Notes under the pieces: generated by a model | Told to the model about the DNA's origin: nothing | The model's database searches: none | What the model saw: the letters and a program-made list of their open reading frames with translations, nothing else | Program-made: the position numbers and the translations under genes | Source: Porphyrobacter sp. | Lineage (GTDB): Bacteria; Pseudomonadota; Alphaproteobacteria; Sphingomonadales; Sphingomonadaceae | Direction: 5' to 3' | DNA length: 64,000 nt | Assembly: GCA_027531395.1 (NCBI GenBank) | Contig: JAPZRO010000001.1 | Coordinates: forward strand, 544,377 to 608,376 | In this document: piece after piece, positions 28,377 to 36,475 of the stretch | How the letters are laid out: every line of letters begins with the position of its first letter | How positions within the stretch are numbered: the first letter of the stretch is position 1

Positions 28377-28475
28377 TCCCCGCCCCGGGCTTGACCCGGG
28401 GCCCAGCTGCCCTTGCGCTGTTGCAACCGCCTGAAAGAAAAGCGGGGTCCCGGGTCAAGCCCGGGACGGGAGGAG
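28377..28475. repeat. MITE/REP-like palindromic element, copy A
   Basis: TCCCCGCCCCGGGCTTGACCCGGGGCC...(about 32 nt)...GCGGGGTCCCGGGTCAAGCCCGGGACGGGAGGAG. The ends are imperfect inverted repeats of each other, and each contains CCCGGG-N7-CCCGGG. The right arm is nearly identical to the copy at 48121-48216. It starts 2 nt after the pepP stop. Confidence 0.7.
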
Positions 28476-28480
28476 CATGC

Positions 28481-28507
28481 TTGTCGCCGCCCCTTTGTTC
28501 CTATAAT
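28481..28507 (+). promoter_or_regulatory. sigma70-like promoter for the VOC gene
   Basis: TTGTCG (28481-28486), a 15-nt spacer, then a perfect TATAAT (28502-28507), 39 nt upstream of ATG 28546. A perfect -10 is unusual in this GC background, but the spacer is short. Confidence 0.35.
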
Positions 28508-28545
28508 GTTCCAACATACCGAGTCGCGGTAAGGGAGGAACTCAC

Positions 28546-28926
28546 ATGATCGGCTACGTCACCTTGGGCACCAATGATCTGCCGCGCGCGGCGGCGTTCT
28601 ATGATGCGATCGCCGCGCATTTCGGCGTCGGGCGGATGATGGATTTCGAAACCTTCATCGCCTGGGGCGAATGGGGCGGCGCGCCGGGGATCGCGGCGAC
28701 CGTGCCGTTCGATGGCGAACCGGCCACGGTGGGCAACGGGGTGATGGTCGCGCTCGAAGTGAAGACGCCGGAAGATGTCCACGCGATCTACGATATCGCC
28801 ATGGCCCATGGCGGCAGCGACGAAGGCGCTCCCGGCCCGCGCGGCGATGACGGGTTCTACGCGGGCTACTTCCGCGATCCGGACGGCAACAAGCTCAATG
28901 CCTTCTGCATGGTCGCCAAGGACTGA
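28546..28926 (+). CDS. VOC (glyoxalase/bleomycin-resistance fold) family protein
   Basis: 126 aa. IGYVTLGTNDL...FY...GFYAGYFRDPDGNKL pattern. Strong RBS AAGGGAGGA. Confidence 0.85.
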   Translation: MIGYVTLGTNDLPRAAAFYDAIAAHFGVGRMMDFETFIAWGEWGGAPGIAATVPFDGEPATVGNGVMVALEVKTPEDVHAIYDIAMAHGGSDEGAPGPRGDDGFYAGYFRDPDGNKLNAFCMVAKD

Positions 28927-28933
28927 CCTGCGT

Positions 28934-28953
28934 GACCCCGCCGCTGCGGGGTC
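28934..28953 (+). terminator. 8-bp stem/tetraloop hairpin after the VOC gene
   Basis: GACCCCGC cgct GCGGGGTC, 8 nt after the stop. A weak U-tract follows (ATTGTG). Confidence 0.4.
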
Positions 28954-29008
28954 ATTGTGCGATCATTGGCGGGTCGTTGCCTGTTTCACGTGAAACAATC
29001 GCGGCCCG

Positions 29009-30550
29009 CTAACGCATCAGCCCGCCGAGCAGATTGCGCACGAAAGCGGTCGCGCCGGTGCGCAGCGGATCGGCGCTCGACTTCTTGCCGAGCACGGCAG
29101 CGACCGCGATCGAGGCGAGCGAACCGCCCGCCGCGGTCATCGCGCTCTTGCCCGCCTTCTCCCACATCGAGGGCGTCTTGCGCTCGCGCTTGGCGACTTC
29201 CTCGCGCCCCTTTTCGGCGACTTCGACGGCAGTGGCGGCGGCATCGGCAGCCTTGATAGCCAGTACTTCGGCCGCGCTCTCGCGGTCCACGCGGGTGTCG
29301 TACTTGCCTTCGACCGGGCTGATCGACTGGATGATCGCCCGCTCCTTGGGTGTCACCGGCCCCAGCCGTGAACGCGGCGGCTTGATCAGCGTGCGTTCGA
29401 CAATCGTCGGCGCACCGTCCTCGTCCAGCGTCGAGACCAGCGCCTCGCCGACCTTCAGTTCGGTGATCGCAGTCTCGACATCGAGCTTGGGATTGATGCG
29501 GAAGGTCTCCGCCGCCGCCTTGATCGCCCGCTGGTCGCGCGGGGTGAAGGCCCGCAGCGCGTGCTGCACGCGGTTGCCCAATTGCCCTGCGACCTCCTCG
29601 GGAATGTCGATCGGATTCTGCGTCACGAAGAACACCCCGACGCCCTTCGAACGGATCAGCCGCACCACGTTCTCGATGGTGTCCTGCAGCGCCTTGGGGG
29701 CATCGTCGAACAGCAGGTGCGCCTCGTCGAAGAAGAACACCAGTTTCGGCTTTTCCGGATCGCCCACCTCGGGCAGGCTCTCGAACAACTCGGCCAGCAG
29801 CCACAAGAGGAAGGTGGCGTAAAGCTTGGGGCTGCGCATCAGCTTGTCGGCGGCGAGCACGTTGACATAGCCGCGCCCCTGATCGTCGACCTTGAGGAAG
29901 TCGCCGATCTCCAGCGCCGGCTCACCGAAGAAATTGTCCGCCCCCTGCGCCTCGAAGCTCAGGAGCTGGCGCTGGATCGAACCGACCGAAGGCTTGGTGA
30001 CATTGCCGTATTTGCCCGAAAGCTCGGCCGCGTTCTCGTTCGCCCAGGCCAGCAGCGCGGACAGATCCTCGAAGTCGAGCAGCAGCATCCCGTTCTCGTC
30101 GGCATAACGGAAGATGATCTGCAGCACGCCTTCCTGCGTCTCGTTGAGGTCGAGCAGGCGGGACAATAGCAGCGGGCCCATCTCCGACACCGTGGTGCGG
30201 ACCGGGTGGCCCTGCTCGCCGTAGAGGTCCCAGAAAATCACCGGATTGTCCGAATAGGCATAGTCGGTGATGCCCAGCTCCTTCGCCCGCGCTTCGAGCT
30301 TGTCGGCGTGCTTGAAGGTGGGCGAACCCGGCATGGCGATGCCCGAAAGATCGCCCTTCACGTCGGCGACGAACACCGGCACTCCGGCCGCCGAAAAGCT
30401 CTCGGCGATGCCCTGGAGGGTGACGGTCTTGCCGGTGCCGGTGGCGCCCGCGATCAACCCGTGCCGGTTCGACCGGCCCAGCAGCAGCGTCTGCCGCGAT
30501 CCGTCCGCCCCGAGCCCGAGATAGATATCGCCCGCCACGTCCGCCATCAT
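29009..30550 (-). CDS. HerA-like ATPase, DUF853 (YjgR) family
   Basis: 513 aa. Walker A GATGTGKT, Walker [13 protein letters not shown], and a [10 protein letters not shown] block. The C-terminal tail is A/K/E-rich. Confidence 0.88.
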   Translation of the reverse strand: MMADVAGDIYLGLGADGSRQTLLLGRSNRHGLIAGATGTGKTVTLQGIAESFSAAGVPVFVADVKGDLSGIAMPGSPTFKHADKLEARAKELGITDYAYSDNPVIFWDLYGEQGHPVRTTVSEMGPLLLSRLLDLNETQEGVLQIIFRYADENGMLLLDFEDLSALLAWANENAAELSGKYGNVTKPSVGSIQRQLLSFEAQGADNFFGEPALEIGDFLKVDDQGRGYVNVLAADKLMRSPKLYATFLLWLLAELFESLPEVGDPEKPKLVFFFDEAHLLFDDAPKALQDTIENVVRLIRSKGVGVFFVTQNPIDIPEEVAGQLGNRVQHALRAFTPRDQRAIKAAAETFRINPKLDVETAITELKVGEALVSTLDEDGAPTIVERTLIKPPRSRLGPVTPKERAIIQSISPVEGKYDTRVDRESAAEVLAIKAADAAATAVEVAEKGREEVAKRERKTPSMWEKAGKSAMTAAGGSLASIAVAAVLGKKSSADPLRTGATAFVRNLLGGLMR

Positions 30551-30645
30551 GTATCCCCTTGTCCGAATTCGGCTCCGGTGTGCAGGCGACCGGCGAAGCG
30601 GTCAAGTTCTCGACAGCGGCGCGGTTTTTGGCCAAGGCTGATGCA

Positions 30646-32460
30646 ATGGGTCAGCCAACGCCATTTGTCCTGCTCGATGATGCCCGCGCCGGAGCGAGCG
30701 CGGCCGATGCCCTGCTTTACGGGGCCCCCGAAGCCCTGTTCGTCGCGCACCGGCCCGAGGAGGTCGAAGCCGTCCTCGCCGCTGCCGAGGCGGCGCGGCA
30801 GGCGGGTGGCGGCGCGCTGGCGGGCTATATTGCCTACGAGGCCGGAATGGCGCTCGAACCCCGGCTCGCTCCGCTGGCCGCAAGCCGCAGCGGCGCGGCG
30901 GGTCCGCTGGTGTGGCTCGGCCTGTTCGGCGCGCCGACACGCATCGCAGCGGCCGAAGTGCCTGCCTTTCTCGACGCCCGCGCCTCCGGCCCCGGCACGA
31001 TCGGGCCGATGGAGCCGCAACTCTCGCCCGGCGGCTATGCCGAAGCCTTCGCAGCGCTGGGCGAGGCGATCCGCGCGGGCGACATCTATCAAGCCAACCT
31101 CACCTACCCGCTGGCGGGCGCGTTCCGCGGCGATCCGGTCGGGCTCTATGCCGCGCTGCGCAGTGCCTCGGCGGCGAGCTATGGCGGGCTGATCTTCGAT
31201 GGCTCGCACTGGCTGCTGAGCTTCTCGCCCGAGCTGTTCGTGGCGCTCTCCGGAGACGAGGCCAAGGTCAAGCCCATGAAGGGCACCCGCCCCCGCATGG
31301 CCGACCCGGAGGCCGACGCGGCGATGGCGGACGACCTTGCCACCTCGGTCAAGGACCGCGCCGAGAACCTGATGATCGTCGATCTGATGCGCAACGATCT
31401 GTCGCGCGTGGCCGAGGCGGGCAGCGTGCGCGTAGATGCGCCCTTCGCGGTTGAGAGCTACCCGACGGTGCACCAGATGGTCTCGACCGTGCGCGCACGG
31501 CTCAGCCCGGGCAAGGGGGCGATGGATCTGGTGCGGGCGCTGTTCCCCTGCGGCTCGATCACCGGCGCGCCCAAGATCCGGGCGATGGAACTGCTCACGC
31601 AAGCCGAGCGCGATGCGCGCGGGCCTTACTGCGGAGCGATTGGCCGGATCGATAGCGACGGCAATGCCGCCTTCAATGTCGCGATCCGCACCCTGCGTCT
31701 GACTCCGATCGAGAACGGGCAAGGCAGCGCTGTGCTCGGCATCGGCTCGGCCATCGTCGCCGACAGCGATGCGATGGCCGAGCGGCGCGAATGCGAGGTC
31801 AAGGCAGGCTTCCTGCGCCGCGCCGCGCCGGGCCTCACAGCGCCGCAATGCGATCTGATCGAGACCATGCGCTTCGAGCCGGACAGCGGCATCGCGCTGC
31901 TCGAACTGCACCTTGCGCGTATGAAGGCGAGCGCTGCGGCGCTGGGCTTCGCCTTCGATCGCCATGCGCTGCGCAACCAGATCCAGGCGCTGTGCTTCGA
32001 ACTCGATGCACCCGCGCGCGTGCGGCTGATGGTGTCGCGCTCCGGGGCGAGCGCGCTGGAGACCGGGCCGGTCCCTGCGCCGCTGGACGAACCGGTAAAG
32101 GTCGCCGCCCTGCCCCACCCGCTCGATCCTTCGGACTGGCGGCTGATGCACAAGACCTCCGACCGCGGCTTTTACGAGGATGCGCTGGAAGCGGCGCGGA
32201 CGTTTGGCGCACAGGAGGCGGTGCTGGTGCGCGGCGATGGCCTCGTCACCGAAGGCAGCTGGACCAGCGTCTTCGTGGACGGCCCTGACGGCGTGCTGCT
32301 CACCCCGCCCGCCCACCTCGGCCTGCTGCCCGGCGTGCTGCGCGAACACCTCATCGCGACAAGCCGCGCGCGCGAGGCGGAACTCACCTTGAACGATCTC
32401 GAAAACGGCTTCTGGCTCGGCAATGCCCTGCGCGGCCTCATCCGGGCGGAGCTGATATGA
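30646..32460 (+). CDS. pabB: bifunctional aminodeoxychorismate synthase component I / aminodeoxychorismate lyase-like (PabB-PabC fusion)
   Basis: Chorismate-binding blocks (GDIYQANLT, SFSPELF, KPMKGTRPR, DRAENLMIVDLMRND, FPCGSITGAPK, RGPYCGAIG) are followed by a ~200-aa class-IV aminotransferase-like domain (LIETMRF..., HKTSDRGFY, LLTPP...LLPGVLR). Start trimmed to ATG 30646. Confidence 0.88.
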   Translation: MGQPTPFVLLDDARAGASAADALLYGAPEALFVAHRPEEVEAVLAAAEAARQAGGGALAGYIAYEAGMALEPRLAPLAASRSGAAGPLVWLGLFGAPTRIAAAEVPAFLDARASGPGTIGPMEPQLSPGGYAEAFAALGEAIRAGDIYQANLTYPLAGAFRGDPVGLYAALRSASAASYGGLIFDGSHWLLSFSPELFVALSGDEAKVKPMKGTRPRMADPEADAAMADDLATSVKDRAENLMIVDLMRNDLSRVAEAGSVRVDAPFAVESYPTVHQMVSTVRARLSPGKGAMDLVRALFPCGSITGAPKIRAMELLTQAERDARGPYCGAIGRIDSDGNAAFNVAIRTLRLTPIENGQGSAVLGIGSAIVADSDAMAERRECEVKAGFLRRAAPGLTAPQCDLIETMRFEPDSGIALLELHLARMKASAAALGFAFDRHALRNQIQALCFELDAPARVRLMVSRSGASALETGPVPAPLDEPVKVAALPHPLDPSDWRLMHKTSDRGFYEDALEAARTFGAQEAVLVRGDGLVTEGSWTSVFVDGPDGVLLTPPAHLGLLPGVLREHLIATSRAREAELTLNDLENGFWLGNALRGLIRAELI

Positions 32461-33116
32461 ACATCCCCATTCTCTACGAAGACGGCGAAGCGCTGGTGAT
32501 CGACAAGCCTGCGGGCCTGCCGGTCGACCGGCCGCGCAAGGGCGGGCCGTGCCTCGACGATCATCTCGAGCGGCTGAAGCTGGGCTTCCAGCGACCGCCG
32601 GTCGCGGTGCACCGGCTCGACACCGATACCTCGGGCTGCCTGCTGCTGGCGCGCAATCCCAAGGCGCTGGCCCGCTTCAACAAGGCGTTCGAGGAGCGGC
32701 TGGTGGGCAAGACCTATCTGGCGATCCTCGCGGGCCATCCGCCGGGGACCGAGGGGACGATCGAACTGGCGCTCGCCAAGATCAGCTCGGCGGACAAGGG
32801 CTGGCGGATGATCCCGGCCAAGAAGGGCAAACCGGCGGTCTCGCACTGGGAACTGGTGGCGGAGCTGGGGCCACACAGCCTGATCCGCTTCCGCCCAGAA
32901 ACCGGCCGCACCCACCAGCTGCGCGTCCATGCGCTCAAGGGCCTCGGCGCCCCGCTGCTGGGCGATCCGGTCTATGGCGCAGGGCCGGCGCCGGGGGCGA
33001 AGCGCACCATGCTGCACGCCGAGAGCCTCACCGTCACGCGCCCCGGCAAGACCCCGATCGAGGCCCGCGCGCCGCTGCCCGCCGATTTCCGCGCATTCGG
33101 GGCGAGCGATGGATGA
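32457..33116 (+). CDS. RluA-family pseudouridine synthase
   Basis: 219 aa. VIDKPAGLPV, catalytic HRLDTDTSGCLLLA, and GRTHQLRVH. ATGA overlap with the pabB fusion. Confidence 0.9.
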   Translation: MNIPILYEDGEALVIDKPAGLPVDRPRKGGPCLDDHLERLKLGFQRPPVAVHRLDTDTSGCLLLARNPKALARFNKAFEERLVGKTYLAILAGHPPGTEGTIELALAKISSADKGWRMIPAKKGKPAVSHWELVAELGPHSLIRFRPETGRTHQLRVHALKGLGAPLLGDPVYGAGPAPGAKRTMLHAESLTVTRPGKTPIEARAPLPADFRAFGASDG

Positions 33117-33537
33117 GGACGCGCCCGAACCTCTGGTAAGCCGCGCGCTCAGGCTCGCGAGCGAGAGCTTTCTCGCCGGTTCCGGCCCGGGCGGGCAGAA
33201 CGCCAACAAGGTCGCCACCGAAGTCGAGCTGCGGGTGAATATCTACGCCCTGCGCCTCGCTCCGCCGGTGTTCGCGCGGCTCAAGACGCTGGCGGGATCG
33301 AAGCTGGCAGGCAATGGCGATCTGATCGTCACCTCCAAGGCGCACCGCACGCAGGAGGCCAACCGCCAGGACGCCCGCGCCAAGCTCGCCGATCTGCTCG
33401 AGGAGGCGCAGGTCGAGCCCAAGCGGCGGGCGAAGACACGGGTCAACCGGGTCGGCAAGGCCGAGCGGCTGAAGGTCAAGAAAGCGCGCGGCGCGGTGAA
33501 GGCCAATCGCGGCAAGCCCCGCAGCGGGGACTGGTGA
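33109..33537 (+). CDS. arfB: alternative ribosome-rescue factor ArfB (peptidyl-tRNA hydrolase, GGQ)
   Basis: 142 aa. GSGPGGQNANKVATEVELR and a basic C-terminal tail (KRRAKTRVNRVGKAERLKVKKARG). Start ATG 33109 overlaps the rluA-family gene by 8 nt. Confidence 0.9.
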   Translation: MDEDAPEPLVSRALRLASESFLAGSGPGGQNANKVATEVELRVNIYALRLAPPVFARLKTLAGSKLAGNGDLIVTSKAHRTQEANRQDARAKLADLLEEAQVEPKRRAKTRVNRVGKAERLKVKKARGAVKANRGKPRSGDW

Positions 33538-33676
33538 GCCGCCTTGACTTTTCCCCGTGAATCGCCCAATGGCCCGCCCGTGTGCGGTGTGCCGGGCCTT
33601 CCGGGCGCGCCGCGTTTGCTTTTTTGACGCCCGCTTCGATCCGTCTTGTGGGCCAATCGTTTGACAGGAAACCGCC

Positions 33677-33844
33677 ATGGCGAAGCCCACCACCGTCAAG
33701 ATCCGCCTCGTCTCGAGCGAGGGCACCGGCTTCTTCTACGTGACCAAGAAGAACCCGCGCAACATCACCGAGAAGATGAGCTTCCGGAAGTATGATCCCG
33801 TCGCGCGCAAGCACGTCGAGTTCAAGGAAGCCAAGATCAAGTAA
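33677..33844 (+). CDS. rpmG: 50S ribosomal protein L33
   Basis: Not in track (55 aa). Product is [55 protein letters not shown]. Confidence 0.95.
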   Translation: MAKPTTVKIRLVSSEGTGFFYVTKKNPRNITEKMSFRKYDPVARKHVEFKEAKIK

Positions 33845-33855
33845 GATCGGCTTCG

Positions 33856-33890
33856 CGCGCCCTGCCGCAATGCGGGGCGCGATAATTCAT
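33856..33890 (+). terminator. rpmG terminator hairpin
   Basis: 10-bp stem (33856-33865 with 33872-33881, one G-U pair), 6-nt loop, followed by ATAATTCAT. Confidence 0.5.
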
Positions 33891-33925
33891 CGACAGTTCA
33901 AGCCTCCGGCCCTAGGCGCTGGCGG

Positions 33926-34597
33926 ATGATCACAAACCGCATTTCCGCCCGTTCGCTGCTGCTCGGCCTTGGTGCCGGCACGCTTGCGCTTGGCCTCGTT
34001 CCCGCGCTCCCTGCCGCCATCGCCCCCGCGCCGCTTGCCGCGCAGTCCGGCGGCCAGCTCGACGCGGTCGTCACCGCCCTGCGCGCGATCAGCACGATGC
34101 GCGCGGACTTCACCCAGACCGACCGGCAGGGCAATGTCATGACCGGCGTAATGACCCTGAAGCGCCCGGGCAAGATCCGCTTCGATTACGGCAAGAATTC
34201 GGACTTCCTCGTCATCTCCAACGGCAAGTCGCTGTTCGTGGTCGACTACGAGGTCAACCAGGTCGAACGCTGGCCGATCGGCAATTCGCCGCTGGGCGCG
34301 CTGTTCGATCCCGAGCGCGATGTGAAGCGTTACGGCAAGCTGGTGCAGACCGGGAACCCGGATGTCATCAGCGTCGAGGTGCGCGATCCCAAGAAGCCCG
34401 AATTCGGGATGATCAACCTGATTTTCGTGCGCCAGCCCTCGGCCCCGGGTGGCTGGCAGCTGACCCATTGGGTCGCGCTCGATGCCCAGAACAACCGCAC
34501 GCGGGTGCAGCTGACGAATCAGCGCTACGGCGTGCCGGTGGCCGACAGCACGTTCACCTTCCGCGATCCGCGCCGCTCGGCCCGTCGTCCGGGATGA
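33926..34597 (+). CDS. lolA: LolA-family outer-membrane lipoprotein carrier protein
   Basis: 223 aa. Signal peptide, then FTQTDRQGNVMTGVMTLKRPGKIRFDY...LVISNGKSLFVVDYEVNQV, the typical LolA pattern. Confidence 0.78.
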   Translation: MITNRISARSLLLGLGAGTLALGLVPALPAAIAPAPLAAQSGGQLDAVVTALRAISTMRADFTQTDRQGNVMTGVMTLKRPGKIRFDYGKNSDFLVISNGKSLFVVDYEVNQVERWPIGNSPLGALFDPERDVKRYGKLVQTGNPDVISVEVRDPKKPEFGMINLIFVRQPSAPGGWQLTHWVALDAQNNRTRVQLTNQRYGVPVADSTFTFRDPRRSARRPG

Positions 34598-34622
34598 ACG
34601 GAGCTTCGACGAACGGTTGTAT

Positions 34623-34648
34623 GGAAACGACAGAATTGCGCCGCCGTT
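34623..34648 (+). promoter_or_regulatory. EcfG (general-stress sigma)-type promoter candidate
   Basis: GGAAAC (34623-34628), then N16, then CGTT (34645-34648). The alphaproteobacterial EcfG/SigT consensus is GGAAC-N16/17-CGTT. One mismatch or insertion in the -35. Confidence 0.4.
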
Positions 34649-34652
34649 CATG

Positions 34653-34816
34653 TAGCTGAAAGCCTCTTTCGGCTAATCATTCTCAACAAGGCGCGGCTGA
34701 AGGGCGGTTTCCCCCCTGTTGCCCACCCTTCGCAAGAAGCCCCGCCTTGTACACAGCGTGACGAACGCTCCATGGAACCCTCGACCCACCGCCCCCGGGT
34801 CGAGGGTTTTTGTTTG
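34653..34816 (+). ncRNA. candidate ~165-nt structured sRNA (GsrN-like features) or structured lolA 3' UTR
   Basis: Four consecutive hairpins. HP1 34654-34674 has a 9-bp stem. HP2 34686-34750 is a long irregular stem whose 15-nt loop is UUUCCCCCCUGUUGC. HP3 is 34754-34768. The last is a canonical terminator at 34776-34816. No credible ORF. An EcfG-like promoter lies just upstream. Confidence 0.4.
34776..34816 (+). terminator. canonical Rho-independent terminator
   Basis: AACCCTCGACCC (34776-34787) pairs with GGGTCGAGGGTT (34797-34808), with a 9-nt loop, followed by TTTTTGTTT. Only the plus strand has a U-tract. Confidence 0.8.
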
Positions 34817-34992
34817 GGGGGTGAACACAAGCCCACTTTCTCGCGCCGGCCCGAAGCGATCCGGTAGCGAAGTCGCGCTGGATCGGCCGCAAAGCGACCG
34901 CAAGGCCGAACGGCCGCCGCGCCTTATGGCGCGAAAGCCAAGCGGGCCGGACGGCCCGCGCCCGGCGCTTGAGGGCGCAAACAAAAGACTCC

Positions 34993-36378
34993 CTACTTTT
35001 CCCAGCCAAGCGCCTTGCGGATGATGGAGTAGATCACGTTCTGCTCGATCACGCCGCGGGCGCGGTCTGCGCCGGGGCCGGTGGCGAACAGGGCGACATC
35101 CTCGCCGCCGTGGGTCTCGATGCCGGTCGGCACCAGCGATTGCTGCCGCGCGGCGATGCCGGTCTGCGGCACGGGCCGCTCCCCGCTCACCGCGCCCGGG
35201 CCATTGGCGTAGCCCAATGTGGTGTAGGGCTTGCCGTCCGCCGCCAGCAGGGGCGAGACGCCGTCGCCGCCATCCTCGCCGCTGCCCTTGGGCGGCACCA
35301 CCAGTCCGAGGATATCGTTGCCGCGCTTGGGATAGCCGGCGATGGTGAAGACGTGGCTGTGATCGGCGGTGACCATGATCAGCGTCTCGGCCGGATTGGT
35401 GTGATCGACCGCCCATTGCACCGCGCGGGCGAACTCGACCGCTTCTTCCAGCGCGAAGCCGGCCTGTCCGGCGTGGTGGCCGTGATCGATCCGCCCGCCT
35501 TCGACCATCAGGTAGAACCCATCGGGATCGGCCTCGAGCCGCGCGATCGCCTGCGCGGTCATGTCGGTGAGAGTCGGCTCGGTGGAGTCCGCCTTGCGCT
35601 CGGCCATGAAGCTCATGTGGCTGGGATGGAACAGCCCGAGCACCGGCTTGTCCATCGGCGCGGCGGCGAGTTCGGCGGCGCTCTTGACCACCACCCCGCC
35701 GTTCTTCGCGGCCCAGGCTCCGGGCAGATCAGCCGCCGCATCACCGCGCCGTCCACCCGCCTGCTTGCCGTAGAACATCGCCGTCCCGCCCCCGAGCGCC
35801 ACGTCGAAGCGCGCCTCGGCCAGCTGGAGCGCGATGTCCTTGCAGCCCTGCCCCTGCTGGTCGGCGGGGATATTGGTGTCGCTCTCCCAGTCGCGGTCGG
35901 CGCTGCGCGAATAGACGCTGGCGGGCGTAGCGTGAGTGATGCGGGTGGTGGTGACGATCCCCAGCGCGAGCCCGCGCGCCTTCACTTCCTCGCCCAGCAA
36001 GGGCAGCGGATGCGCCAGCGCGTCCTTGCACACGCCCTTTTCCGCGTCCGGCCCGATCCCCAGCACCCCGATGCGGGTCTTGAGGCCCGAATGAATCGCG
36101 GTCGCCGTGCCCGCAGAATCGGGCACCTGCGCGTTGGTGTTGTAGGTCTTGACCAGCGCGACATTGGGGAAGGTCTCGAAGCTGAGGCGGTTTTCCTCCC
36201 CCGTCTCCCCGCGCTTCTGCGCCTCGTAGATGCGCGCGGCGGTGATGGTGGAGATGCCCATGCCGTCGCCGATGAACAGGATGACGTTCTTGGCGCGCGG
36301 CTCGGCGGGCGCGTCCTCGGCCAGCGCAGGCATGGCGGCAGAGGTCAGTAGCAGGGCGGCAAACAGGGTGCGGGTCAT
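34993..36378 (-). CDS. phoA: alkaline phosphatase (PhoA family), secreted
   Basis: 461 aa. Signal peptide, DGMG, active-site VPDSAGTATA, GGRIDHGHH and TADHSH metal ligands. Confidence 0.92.
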   Translation of the reverse strand: MTRTLFAALLLTSAAMPALAEDAPAEPRAKNVILFIGDGMGISTITAARIYEAQKRGETGEENRLSFETFPNVALVKTYNTNAQVPDSAGTATAIHSGLKTRIGVLGIGPDAEKGVCKDALAHPLPLLGEEVKARGLALGIVTTTRITHATPASVYSRSADRDWESDTNIPADQQGQGCKDIALQLAEARFDVALGGGTAMFYGKQAGGRRGDAAADLPGAWAAKNGGVVVKSAAELAAAPMDKPVLGLFHPSHMSFMAERKADSTEPTLTDMTAQAIARLEADPDGFYLMVEGGRIDHGHHAGQAGFALEEAVEFARAVQWAVDHTNPAETLIMVTADHSHVFTIAGYPKRGNDILGLVVPPKGSGEDGGDGVSPLLAADGKPYTTLGYANGPGAVSGERPVPQTGIAARQQSLVPTGIETHGGEDVALFATGPGADRARGVIEQNVIYSIIRKALGWEK

Positions 36379-36475
36379 GAGGGGCCTCCGGGAACGGGCC
36401 CAGCCCTATCGCGCCCCAAAGCGACATGAAAGTGAAAGGTAGAAACTTGGCGAAATGGTGCCTAAGTCCGCCCCC

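Noticed and set aside
24182-28426. Two giant ORFs (1397 aa on the plus strand, 1412 aa on the minus strand) covering the same 4.2 kb
   Set aside because: Each is a chimera. Only the part with recognisable peptidase sequence is real: minus 24188-26431 is oligopeptidase B and plus 26567-28375 is aminopeptidase P. The remainder is stop-free antisense of the other gene with R/G/A/H/D-rich composition.
13152-33925. The ~20 kb between ftsK and lolA considered as a genomic island (these genes are neighbours in many proteobacteria)
   Set aside because: There is no integrase, transposase, tRNA, flanking direct repeats or visible compositional shift. The content is ordinary metabolic and envelope genes.
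34598-34992. Known structured RNAs (two-piece tmRNA, SRP/4.5S RNA, 6S RNA, RNase P RNA, cobalamin/TPP riboswitch) in the large lolA-phoA gap
   Set aside because: I found no tag-peptide reading frame (ANDN...), no SRP GGAA tetraloop/CCAGG core, no B12 box, and no long closing stem typical of 6S RNA. The region is therefore reported only as a novel-sRNA candidate.
36379-36475. Pho box upstream of the alkaline phosphatase gene
   Set aside because: Only CTTTCA-CTTTCA at 6-bp spacing is present. There is no TGTCAT core and no 11-bp phasing, so I cannot support a PhoB site here.
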